A stretch of 41,955 bases of DNA from a virus. Its lineage: Duplodnaviria; Caudoviricetes. The notes beneath the pieces are model-generated. The model was given only the letters and a program-made list of their open reading frames with translations. It was not told where the DNA came from and did no database searches. A program made the translations under genes and the position numbers. The DNA lies in the IMG/VR virus record IMGVR_UViG_3300043220_000019, positions 1-41,955 of that record. The stretch is one strand, 5' to 3'. Positions 8,470 through 16,302 of this stretch are shown in pieces. Position 1 is the first letter of the stretch, and each line of letters starts with the position of its first letter.

Positions 8470-9167
8470 TACACTACCAACGTCTTGCTGAACTGGGCGA
8501 ACTGAAAGGCGTAGTAGCCGGTCAGCAGGGCCGTTGCGGACCCGAAGTGGAGGAGGCAGGAGGAAGCGTCAATCAGGACACAGGGCGGGCGGTTGCGGAT
8601 CGTGTAGATCACTGTGTCCCAGGCACCGGGGTAGCCGATGGTGTTCGCCAGGGCATCCTCTAGGAAGTCCTTACGGGCCAACTCGACCGAGTTTGGAACA
8701 GCCGATTTCGCGGTTGCTACAACCCCGGCGCCCTCCATAATGATGAAGTCACCGTTAGCACTATTGGGATCGTCGGTGCGGAGGTTGGCGGGGACGTAGA
8801 CCGTGCCGCTCGCGTCATCTGCGTATCGCGCCTTGTCCTTATCCACTTCCAACATCGCCATCGCCAGAACTGCGGTGGCCGCAACGACGCCTGGGGTGGC
8901 CTCGTACAGAAGCGGGATCATGGCGTTGCCGGCGGTGTTGTCGGCGATGCCCGCGACCAGGATGTCGTCAATGACGTTGGTCATCCCGTCTCCTGCGTTC
9001 TCGGTGCCTGCCTGCATATGATAGGCAAACCCGCTCAGCGTAAGCTGGGTGAAGAAGTCCGTCACGATCTGCGAACCCATCCGGTTCAGGATCGCCTCTG
9101 TGGACGTTGACTCCGCTACGGCCGGGATGGAGTTGTGCCGTACCCTAAATACATCGTCTCTCGCCAT
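8469..9167 (-). CDS. Putative structural protein, paralog A of pair 1
   Basis: 232 aa with RBS AAAGGA. Lies between capsid and adaptor genes. Confidence 0.75.
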   Translation of the reverse strand: MARDDVFRVRHNSIPAVAESTSTEAILNRMGSQIVTDFFTQLTLSGFAYHMQAGTENAGDGMTNVIDDILVAGIADNTAGNAMIPLLYEATPGVVAATAVLAMAMLEVDKDKARYADDASGTVYVPANLRTDDPNSANGDFIIMEGAGVVATAKSAVPNSVELARKDFLEDALANTIGYPGAWDTVIYTIRNRPPCVLIDASSCLLHFGSATALLTGYYAFQFAQFSKTLVV

Positions 9168-9233
9168 CGTCTTTCCTTTCTCTAGCCGTTCCGCATCCCG
9201 CTGGTTAGGGCCGTCCTTTCGGCCCAGAACGGT

Positions 9234-9509
9234 CTACTTCCGTTTTCTCCCACCCCTGGCCCTTCGGTCAGGGGTCACTAGCCCTGTCGCTGTCTCGGTG
9301 CTCATGGCCGTGATGTCCGCCGATATATCCGGTAGGTCAGATGCCTGTTTCGTCGGCTTGTCCGGCGCCGGGATCTTGAATGAATCGGGTGAGCGATGGA
9401 GTAGGTGCTGGGCCACTTCGTCCGTCACGTTGACATCCTGGCCGGGCTCGAAGTCGTACAGTACGCCCTCAGCCTCGCCCCTGAACCGTGAGATGCACTT
9501 CAGTTTCAT
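9234..9509 (-). CDS. Small capsid-adjacent hypothetical protein
   Basis: Probable start MKLKCISRF. Contains FEPGQDVNVTDEVAQHLL and a basic tail, typical of small genes after major capsid genes. Confidence 0.65.
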   Translation of the reverse strand: MKLKCISRFRGEAEGVLYDFEPGQDVNVTDEVAQHLLHRSPDSFKIPAPDKPTKQASDLPDISADITAMSTETATGLVTPDRRARGGRKRK

Positions 9510-9511
9510 GG

Positions 9512-9898
9512 CTATACCGTGCTCAATCCGCCGTTGCTGAAGTCGTCTACCAGCACCCGCCACTCCCAGCCATCCGTGGCGTTCCAGAAACCAACCATGC
9601 GGATGTGGTCACCGATGTCTTGGAAGGTGATCGTGTTATTTCCCGTCTGGTTGACCGGCGATGCGGTCGTGACCACGATGTCGCCCTGGTCCTTGAATTG
9701 CGTCAGGTCGATCTCCTGGCCCTTGAACGATGGGTCGCCAAGCGTCCGCGTCTCCGCAGCGAGCGAAGACAACTCACAGAAGCCAGGGTGCGACACGTCA
9801 ATAGCGCCACCGTCGCCGGGGTCGGGGAGTTGGCGCAGCTTGACGCCACGGGTAAGAATCTCCTCAACCGGTGGTGTCCCGCCTGTGGCTGGAATCAC
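9512..9898 (-). CDS. Putative capsid decoration protein, paralog B of pair 2
   Basis: 128 aa sharing PDPGDG, PGFCEL, ETRT..DPSF.GQ.ID and NATDGWEWRV with 9895-10263. Confidence 0.7.
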   Translation of the reverse strand: MIPATGGTPPVEEILTRGVKLRQLPDPGDGGAIDVSHPGFCELSSLAAETRTLGDPSFKGQEIDLTQFKDQGDIVVTTASPVNQTGNNTITFQDIGDHIRMVGFWNATDGWEWRVLVDDFSNGGLSTV

Positions 9899-10263
9899 GA
9901 CAATACCACTCCATCGTTAGCGATGACGCGCCATTCCCAGCCATCGGTGGCATTGAAGAAGCCGATGAGCCGGATATGCTCGCCGATGTCACTGAACGTC
10001 ATGATGGTGTCGGCGTTCTGGTTGATGGGTGACGCGGCCGTAATCACGCAATTGCCGCCGTCCGAGATGAACGTGTAGTCGATGATCTGGCCCCTGAACG
10101 AAGGGTCGGCCATCGTGCGTGTCTCAGCGCCGCCGGTCGTCAGTTCACAGAAGCCAGGCTGGTTTACCTGGATAGCGAGGCCATCACCCGGATCGGGTAT
10201 CAGGTACGGCTCGATGCCGCGGCTCAGTATGTCCTCTACCTGTGGCTTTCCACCTATCGGCAT
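9895..10263 (-). CDS. Putative capsid decoration protein, paralog A of pair 2
   Basis: Start reassigned to ATG 10263 (RBS AAGGAGG). 122 aa directly after the major capsid gene. Confidence 0.7.
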   Translation of the reverse strand: MPIGGKPQVEDILSRGIEPYLIPDPGDGLAIQVNQPGFCELTTGGAETRTMADPSFRGQIIDYTFISDGGNCVITAASPINQNADTIMTFSDIGEHIRLIGFFNATDGWEWRVIANDGVVLS

Positions 10264-10273
10264 CTCAACCTCC

Positions 10274-11824
10274 TTACAAAGTGATGTTGTAAATGCCAGC
10301 CGCCACGTTCTCACCAAACTTGGTGAAGGCGCGGCGGGTGTAGAGCTCGAACAGGAACTGGTCGGTGCGCTGGATGCGGTCAAAGAACAGTTGCGTGTCC
10401 CGGCGCACTCCGCCCAGCCAGCCTTGCGGGTTGAACAGGGTGATCTGGCCTTTCGTGTTCGAGGATTCAGTGTCGCTCTGCTTGCCGTCCGCCTCCGTCT
10501 TGACCGCGTAGGACGGAGCGATAATGGGGATGCCCCAGATGCGTCCTAGCTCGCCGGTGACGATGGTGGCGGCGGGGCCGTACTTGTCTATAGTCACAAC
10601 CTTGTCGGCGTCCAGCAGCGCCATGTAGGTATCCCAGTCACAGACCAAGCGAAGGTCAGCGGCCCGGCTACCCCAGTTGATGTTGCCCACGGCGGTGTCT
10701 ATGTCATCGTCGGTGCCGTTGAGCTTGCCCCTAGCGACGTTGATCTCCTTCAAGTCAAGGGCCGCGGCCATGTTCTTGCCCTGCGCCGCTGTGGTGGTGA
10801 TCCAGTAGAAGCGAATGCCGTTCCAGGCCAAGTAGTGCTTGGTGTCTGCGGGGTTGGCATCGTCCAGGTTGATGTTTCCTGTGCCGGCGTTGGTCGTGTC
10901 GCCATTGAGGTAAGACGAACCCAGGTGCAGCGCCGCGCTCATGTTCAGCCTCTCCCGTAGAAACGGGGTAAAGGCGATGATGCTGTCCTCTTCCAGTTCA
11001 CCGGACCAAATCTGCTGAATGGTGAACTTCTTAGCCGTGAGGGTGGCCCGGTTGGAGGCCGTCTTGCTGGTGCCGTAAGCGGATGCTGCGTTCGACGTGG
11101 ACTCACCCACGAACAGCATCTCCGGCAGCGCGCCGTCAATCGGCACCTGGACGGTCGGGTCCGTCATAGGGATGTCTCTAATGCTCGCAACAATCGAGTC
11201 ATCATTGCGAGCCGCTTCCCATAGGTCTCGGACAAACTGAGTGCCTATAAGCTGCAGGCCGAAGCCGGTCTCTGCTGTGTCCATAGCTCGCATCGGCTTG
11301 CCGTCCGCATCAGCGATCCAAGCCTGTGGTCGGGCCTCGTCCTCAGTGACGTTGGCGTGGTAGGCCTGCATGAATGTCTCAGACGGCTCGATGGGTGATA
11401 GCCCAAGCCTTGGCCCAACACCACCCATGACCAGCCGCGCCATCTCGAAATCGGCCCGGGAATAGCCGCGCTGGTCGAATTCATCGCGCCAGGCGCCGCC
11501 CAGAGCTTCCTTGTTGACTACCGTCTTATCGGTTGACGGCTCGCCACCCTTCAGCTTCTCCAGCGCGTCGTCAATGCGCTTCTGGGAAGCTACGTCCCGC
11601 GCCTCTTCCCGTTTGGCCTGCTCCTCGAAGATCGTGATTAGGCGGGCCAGAGGATCGGGAGGGTCAGCGGGTGGATCGGCAGGTGGGTCGCCAGGCGGCG
11701 GGTCTGCGACAGCCGCGGCGCCCTCGTTGCGGATGCGGGCGAACAGCCCGTCGATAGGTTCGTAGTGATCGAACGCGCTGTCGGCTTGCGCCATCCTCAG
11801 CGTATTCAGGGAGTCTTCTGCCAT
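10274..11824 (-). CDS. Major capsid protein (HK97 fold) with N-terminal scaffold-like region
   Basis: VGES...TLTAKKF...SGELEEDSII, YLNGD and ELGRIWGIPII motifs. Pro/Asp linker and coiled-coil N-terminus. Follows the protease. Confidence 0.92.
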   Translation of the reverse strand: MAEDSLNTLRMAQADSAFDHYEPIDGLFARIRNEGAAAVADPPPGDPPADPPADPPDPLARLITIFEEQAKREEARDVASQKRIDDALEKLKGGEPSTDKTVVNKEALGGAWRDEFDQRGYSRADFEMARLVMGGVGPRLGLSPIEPSETFMQAYHANVTEDEARPQAWIADADGKPMRAMDTAETGFGLQLIGTQFVRDLWEAARNDDSIVASIRDIPMTDPTVQVPIDGALPEMLFVGESTSNAASAYGTSKTASNRATLTAKKFTIQQIWSGELEEDSIIAFTPFLRERLNMSAALHLGSSYLNGDTTNAGTGNINLDDANPADTKHYLAWNGIRFYWITTTAAQGKNMAAALDLKEINVARGKLNGTDDDIDTAVGNINWGSRAADLRLVCDWDTYMALLDADKVVTIDKYGPAATIVTGELGRIWGIPIIAPSYAVKTEADGKQSDTESSNTKGQITLFNPQGWLGGVRRDTQLFFDRIQRTDQFLFELYTRRAFTKFGENVAAGIYNITL

Positions 11825-11834
11825 TACCGTCCTC

Positions 11835-12584
11835 CTACTTCGCTATTTCCTGGCGGATTCTCTCTGGGCTCTTGCCGGTTATCTTCGATAGGGAGCTGAC
11901 TAGCATCTCTTCCGCGTCCGGGCGCTCGCTGCGCCGCTCGAAGTGACGCACCAGCAGCTTCTCCAATGCTTTGATGTCAGCCGCCGGCTTGTGGCCGTTG
12001 GGGGGCTTATACAGGCGCTCGGCCTGCTCCTGGAAGTCCGCTGGCGACAGGTTGCCGAGCCAGGCCATGTTCAGGTCGATGGTGGGCTCACGGTAGTCTG
12101 CCGCAGAGAACGGCGCACCGTCAGCGCGGACAATCATCGCGCTCGGGTCGGCCGGGATCGTGACGAATGACCACTCCAAGAGTTCCTGCTCGAGGAACAC
12201 GAGGATGTCACGTTTGTCGTCCCCCTCGCCCTCGGTGCGGACCTCCGTCTTCTTGGGAAGCCAGCGGACAGACGTGGAGTTGACGAAGCCGTTGCTGATC
12301 TTGCGGAACGCGATAGCGCCCAGCGGGTCCTCCATGTCGAACTCCGCCCGGGCGACGAGTTCCTTCGCGGTGGCCATGAGATCCACCGTCTTGGCGAAGG
12401 GCATCACATCGTCGTCGTGCATCCACAGCACGACGGGGTTGCGGTTGTAGTTATCGAAATCCCAGCCGGCGGGCTCAATGATCGCGCCATCGCGGCCAAT
12501 GTCGCCGGTGGAGATCACCGCCGTAACGCGGTGGGCCTCAGTATCTACTTCTCTCAGGAGGCCGAAGGACTCTAGGCGGTCCAA
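11835..12584 (-). CDS. HK97-family prohead protease
   Basis: RDGAII...GWDFDNYNRNPVVLWMHD, STSVRW and ELLEWSFVTIPADPSA motifs. Confidence 0.92.
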   Translation of the reverse strand: MDRLESFGLLREVDTEAHRVTAVISTGDIGRDGAIIEPAGWDFDNYNRNPVVLWMHDDDVMPFAKTVDLMATAKELVARAEFDMEDPLGAIAFRKISNGFVNSTSVRWLPKKTEVRTEGEGDDKRDILVFLEQELLEWSFVTIPADPSAMIVRADGAPFSAADYREPTIDLNMAWLGNLSPADFQEQAERLYKPPNGHKPAADIKALEKLLVRHFERRSERPDAEEMLVSSLSKITGKSPERIRQEIAK

Positions 12585-12633
12585 ATAAAAAGACCCTCTG
12601 CGCCTATTGCCCTAAATCTGGCGCGAGGGGCTT
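12585..12633 (-). terminator. Terminator-like hairpin that also covers the protease RBS
   Basis: Stem CCCTC-GCGCC / GGCGC-A-GAGGG followed by TCTTTTTAT, then the TTG start. Confidence 0.7.
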
Positions 12634-12673
12634 AATGACGGCTCTTTGCCGAGCCCTTTATTCGGTTAGCCTG

Positions 12674-12702
12674 ATTATCCGCCTATGCGGTTAAGTTGTC
12701 AA
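12674..12702 (-). promoter_or_regulatory. Sigma70-type promoter for the protease/capsid block
   Basis: TTGACA-N17-GATAAT. The spacer contains the inverted repeat CCGC-N4-GCGG. Confidence 0.75.
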
Positions 12703-12773
12703 GGGCGAGTGCCTTTGGAGCAACTACACCAATGGCCGCCCTTCACGTAGCTACAGTGACACCAGTGCATCAT
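12699..12773 (-). CDS. 24-aa Cys/His-rich micropeptide
   Basis: RBS AAGGAGG, then MMHWCHCSYVKGGHWCSCSKGTRP. Too short for the ORF track. Confidence 0.45.
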   Translation of the reverse strand: MMHWCHCSYVKGGHWCSCSKGTRP

Positions 12774-12785
12774 ATCCTCCTTCTA

Positions 12786-12947
12786 CTACGCCGAGCTCGG
12801 CTTCGCACGCTCGCGTTCCTGACGCTTCGCCTTTGACCTGACCTCTATCTCCCAGCCGCAGTTGGGGCACACCGTAAGGCCGTACTCCGACACCTTGGCG
12901 AGCCAGCGGTTACAGGCCGGGCAGCGGATGTCTACGGAGTCAGTCAT
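12786..12947 (-). CDS. Com-like zinc-finger protein (53 aa)
   Basis: MTDSVDIRCPACNRWLAKVSEYGLTVCPNCGWEIEV... matches the IRCxxCNxxLxK...CPxC pattern of Mu Com. ATGA overlap with the upstream gene. Confidence 0.7.
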   Translation of the reverse strand: MTDSVDIRCPACNRWLAKVSEYGLTVCPNCGWEIEVRSKAKRQERERAKPSSA

Positions 12948-14926
12948 AGCTCTAACAACACCCCTTCCTCAGCCTCCCGTTCACGATCCAGCGCTTCCTC
13001 GATCTCACGCTGCAGGCGCGGGACAGACCACTCGACGACCCCAGAGCCCCGCAGGGCGGCAACCGCCACGGCGCGTCGCGCATCCTGATCGAGTCTCATC
13101 GATAACTCGGCGCGAACCCAGGCTCGCCCGGCGAGTTCGCCCTCTACGGCCAGGACCCAATCGATGGTGACGATGGACCAGAACGTGGCAACGGCAGCGA
13201 CCGCAACAGGTTCTAGGGTGCGAGCCGGGGGTAGGTCGGGGAGCCGTACTCCAACCTTGACCGAGATGCCGCCGCCCTTCTGCGGAATCGTGACCCCTGG
13301 CCCGGCTGTGAAGACGTAGGTTAGCGTCCCCGTTGCGGAGGGTTGGTCACCGGAGAGCGCCCGGACGGCCTTCTCGGTACGCGTAAGAGTACCCGTCGCC
13401 GCAGGCTGGCTTCCCGTGAGAGCACGCAGCGCCTGCTCAACGCGGCTCAGGATACCGGTAGCCGCCGGTTGATCGCCCGTCAGAGCACGGAGTGCCTGCT
13501 CTACGCGGGTAAGCGCGCCGATAGCATTAGGTTGATCGCCCGCGAGCGCCCGGACGGCCTTCTCAATACGTGTCAAGACGCCTGTGGCCGCAGGCTGATC
13601 GCCAGCGACGGGGCGCGTGCGGCTCTGTACCGTCGTAAGCGTCCCGCTGGCCGCAGGCTGATCGCCAGCTAGAGCACGAAGGGCCTGCTCTATTCTGGTT
13701 AGCGTACCCGTGGCGGCGGGCTGGTCGCCCGCTAAGGCCCGTAACGCCTGCTCTATCCGAGTGAGTACACCCGTAGCCGCTGGTTGTGAACCTGCTAGGG
13801 ACCTGGTCTCACCGCCCGCCGCTGTGTAGGTACAGTAGATGGAGTATTTATTGTTGAGGTGGGAGAGGGATGGGTCTGTTGGGCTGGCATAGCTGTTTGA
13901 GCCGTCGAAGTGTCCCTGGTCGGTGTCGCCGGAATCGTAGTACACTCTCCAACTGGCGTCGAACACGAATAGCAACACATAAGCCGTGCTACCCGACAGT
14001 GTAGGGTCGGTTCCGAACGTGCTTGTGTTCCAGTCCTTGCTCGCGCTTATGGCCACCGCATCTCCGACCCCGTTGGTCAAAATCGTTGAATCGCCGTGCG
14101 CAACGATGACACCTTTGCCGTTGGCGGATACACCAGTGTCGGCTGAAAATGTTAGGCTGTTACCTGTAGCAGCGTCTCCAGGCGAGGTGAACAGTGCCCC
14201 AATCATCCAGTTGACACCCTGTGCGGTCGTACTCGACCCTGCCGTCTCGTATCCGAAGTTGGGGTCGATGACCACAGGGTAGACAGCGGCGTCCAGCCAC
14301 CGCTGGTCTATGGTGATGGTCAGCATCCCCCCAGCGATATTGAGGTCGGCCCATACCTGCGCCCCCAGAGCGTCTGTCACCCGTGGCCGGTAGATATGGA
14401 ACGCCTTGCCCGCTTTGTACTTGTCAGCCTCGGCCTTGCTGGGGTGTGCGTTCTCCTTCGTGGCGTGGTAGACGGCATAAGAACCCACTACGCTCTCAGG
14501 CCGTGAGTGACCGGAGGCAATCTCCTCTGCGGTCAGCGGGGACTGGTGGTAGAACTTGAGTAGCTTACTCTGGATGGAGAAGGTGATGACGTTGCTGGTC
14601 GGCTTGGCGAGGAGGATAACCTCTAGCTCGAACGCGCCGTTGTCCATACCGAAGCCCTGCGCGTAGAAGCGGGCCTCGCGATCACCCTTGGCCCAGACGA
14701 CCTTCTCTTTGTCTACGGTTACGCTGGCCGGACCCGGAGCCGTGTCCAGCAACCGGATGGAGAAGTTGGCCTCGTTGCCCCAGCGTTTGATTTTGACTTG
14801 GGGCTGGAAGTCGGCCTGCTTGATGTCGCCGACCTCCACCTCCGGCTCCTTGTCCTTCGAGATGAAGGTGTTGGCCGAGAAGTCGTAATCGGCCTGTATC
14901 TCAGGCGACAGAACTATCTTAGGCAA
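12944..14926 (-). CDS. Large fibre-like structural protein with 21-aa repeats
   Basis: 660 aa: globular N-terminal domain, Ser/Thr/Gly-rich beta domain, then about 8 repeats of LAGDQPAATGxLTRIEQALRA. Confidence 0.7.
   Translation of the reverse strand: MPKIVLSPEIQADYDFSANTFISKDKEPEVEVGDIKQADFQPQVKIKRWGNEANFSIRLLDTAPGPASVTVDKEKVVWAKGDREARFYAQGFGMDNGAFELEVILLAKPTSNVITFSIQSKLLKFYHQSPLTAEEIASGHSRPESVVGSYAVYHATKENAHPSKAEADKYKAGKAFHIYRPRVTDALGAQVWADLNIAGGMLTITIDQRWLDAAVYPVVIDPNFGYETAGSSTTAQGVNWMIGALFTSPGDAATGNSLTFSADTGVSANGKGVIVAHGDSTILTNGVGDAVAISASKDWNTSTFGTDPTLSGSTAYVLLFVFDASWRVYYDSGDTDQGHFDGSNSYASPTDPSLSHLNNKYSIYCTYTAAGGETRSLAGSQPAATGVLTRIEQALRALAGDQPAATGTLTRIEQALRALAGDQPAASGTLTTVQSRTRPVAGDQPAATGVLTRIEKAVRALAGDQPNAIGALTRVEQALRALTGDQPAATGILSRVEQALRALTGSQPAATGTLTRTEKAVRALSGDQPSATGTLTYVFTAGPGVTIPQKGGGISVKVGVRLPDLPPARTLEPVAVAAVATFWSIVTIDWVLAVEGELAGRAWVRAELSMRLDQDARRAVAVAALRGSGVVEWSVPRLQREIEEALDREREAEEGVLLEL
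13319..13798 (-). repeat. Tandem 63-bp (21-aa) coding repeats, about 7.6 copies
   Basis: Visible in translation as GxQPAATG every 21 residues, with synonymous divergence between copies. Confidence 0.9.
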
Positions 14927-14972
14927 TCAACACCGCCTTGACCTTAGCGCGGGCCTCGGCTGCCGGATTCAT

Positions 14973-15680
14973 CTACGCCTCAGCGTTGATCGTTATCTGG
15001 TAGGTGAACTCTACCGTGTCGAGGTTGACCACAGAAACGGTAGGGCTGATGAGAGAGCGGTCCATAAGCGAGCCCCCACCGGCACCGGTTTGGCTGGCGA
15101 TGGAGTGCTCCTGCCAAGTCTCCGTCGCGTCAGCAGTCACGGTAGCGACGCTCTTGTAAATGTCGGCTGTCGCTCCCTCCACCTGCGTCCCCGTCGCCTC
15201 CAGTCCAGCGTCCGTTATCAAGCCGGTGTCCGCGTTAGACTCAGCCTGGGCGTTAGTGCCGGGCCGGTGGAACTTGAAGTCGCCCCACTCGGACGTCTCA
15301 GCCTGTAGCTGGTCCACTTGGAAGTCGCGGAACTCCACCGTGACCTTGCCGCGTGAGACTAACCCAACGTTTTCCATCCAGCCCATCTCGCCTGTGAACG
15401 GGTCGCGTTCTGTAGCATGGAAGTGCCGGATGTAGAGCTCGGCATAGGTACTGAGATGGAGGTCATGCCCCAACACCAGCCGGTAGTAAGCCCGGGGGAT
15501 ACCCTTCCAGATGTGATCGCGAAGGAATGCTAGCAGTCGGTGTCGCCAGGTGCTACGGGTCTGACGTTTCAGGAGGTATTGCCCCCGTGCTGGGTAGTAA
15601 TGGCCGTCCTCGTCATCCCTGATTAGCCCGAGGCGACGATAGGGCTTGACCCTGCTTAGCTCAGAAAAGATTACGCTCAT
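14973..15680 (-). CDS. Putative fibre-associated structural protein
   Basis: Start reassigned to ATG 15680 (ATGA overlap). Beta-rich C-terminal domain (GTNAQAESNADTGL...VVNLDTVEFTYQITI) resembling fibre-anchor domains. Confidence 0.6.
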   Translation of the reverse strand: MSVIFSELSRVKPYRRLGLIRDDEDGHYYPARGQYLLKRQTRSTWRHRLLAFLRDHIWKGIPRAYYRLVLGHDLHLSTYAELYIRHFHATERDPFTGEMGWMENVGLVSRGKVTVEFRDFQVDQLQAETSEWGDFKFHRPGTNAQAESNADTGLITDAGLEATGTQVEGATADIYKSVATVTADATETWQEHSIASQTGAGGGSLMDRSLISPTVSVVNLDTVEFTYQITINAEA

Positions 15681-15940
15681 TCTGCACCTCCTGGCTTGCA
15701 CTGCGGACAGGGCGCGAAACCCTGCTCGATAGCGACCTCATAGCTGTCAAGATAGCTGGCGTTATCGTTGAGCAGTTGCTCGCATGACCCCTTGTTATCG
15801 TGTATCAGGAACGGGCCGTGTCGGTGCGATACCCAGAAGCTGGCGTGCTTCCTGTTGTCGTGCCCGGCACCAGCACCAGCCCCCAAACCGCCCTTTGCCG
15901 CTGCCTGTTTGCCCGAAAGTCCACGCTTTGGATGCGCCAT
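15677..15940 (-). CDS. Small protein with Ada-like metal-binding motif
   Basis: H...C...SYEVAIEQGFAPCPQCKP resembles the Ada zinc-binding domain C-terminal motif. RBS AGGAGG. Confidence 0.6.
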   Translation of the reverse strand: MAHPKRGLSGKQAAAKGGLGAGAGAGHDNRKHASFWVSHRHGPFLIHDNKGSCEQLLNDNASYLDSYEVAIEQGFAPCPQCKPGGAE

Positions 15941-15951
15941 AGGTGTCCTCC

Positions 15952-16302
15952 TTAATCCAGCCCTGCTATTACCTTGCCTGCCCGCAACACCAGTTCGTCA
16001 CCACGTAAGGGCTCCCCCTGCTTGCCGTCCTCGCGTTCGGCGAGCTCGCCCGAAGCCAGCTCCCGCCCAGCGCCATCGAACACGACCCAGCCCGTCACCG
16101 TTGATACCGATTCCCGCCAGGGTCCGAACCGAGCATCTGCAACACTGGCTACGGTAGCTTCAGTCGCAGACTCGAACCGGATCCGCTGCCGAGCATAGCC
16201 ACCATCCTCTATCTCCGCCCCGCTACGTGTTAGGCCAATCATGAGATCGCCGTCGAAGATGATCCTCAGTGCGCGTGTCCTGGCGAAAGCGCTAAGCCCC
16301 AT
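15952..16302 (-). CDS. Small fibre-associated structural protein
   Basis: EIEDGGYARQRIRF...TVTGWVVFD motif of a common phage fibre-anchor family. Confidence 0.6.
   Translation of the reverse strand: MGLSAFARTRALRIIFDGDLMIGLTRSGAEIEDGGYARQRIRFESATEATVASVADARFGPWRESVSTVTGWVVFDGAGRELASGELAEREDGKQGEPLRGDELVLRAGKVIAGLD

Noticed and set aside
9208-9226. Hairpin GGGCCG-AAAGGA-CGGCCC as terminator
   Set aside because: No U-tract follows on either strand; at most an mRNA-stabilising stem.
13319-13798. CRISPR array or DGR repeat
   Set aside because: The repeats are contiguous, in-frame 63-bp coding units without spacers. No cas or reverse transcriptase gene is present.
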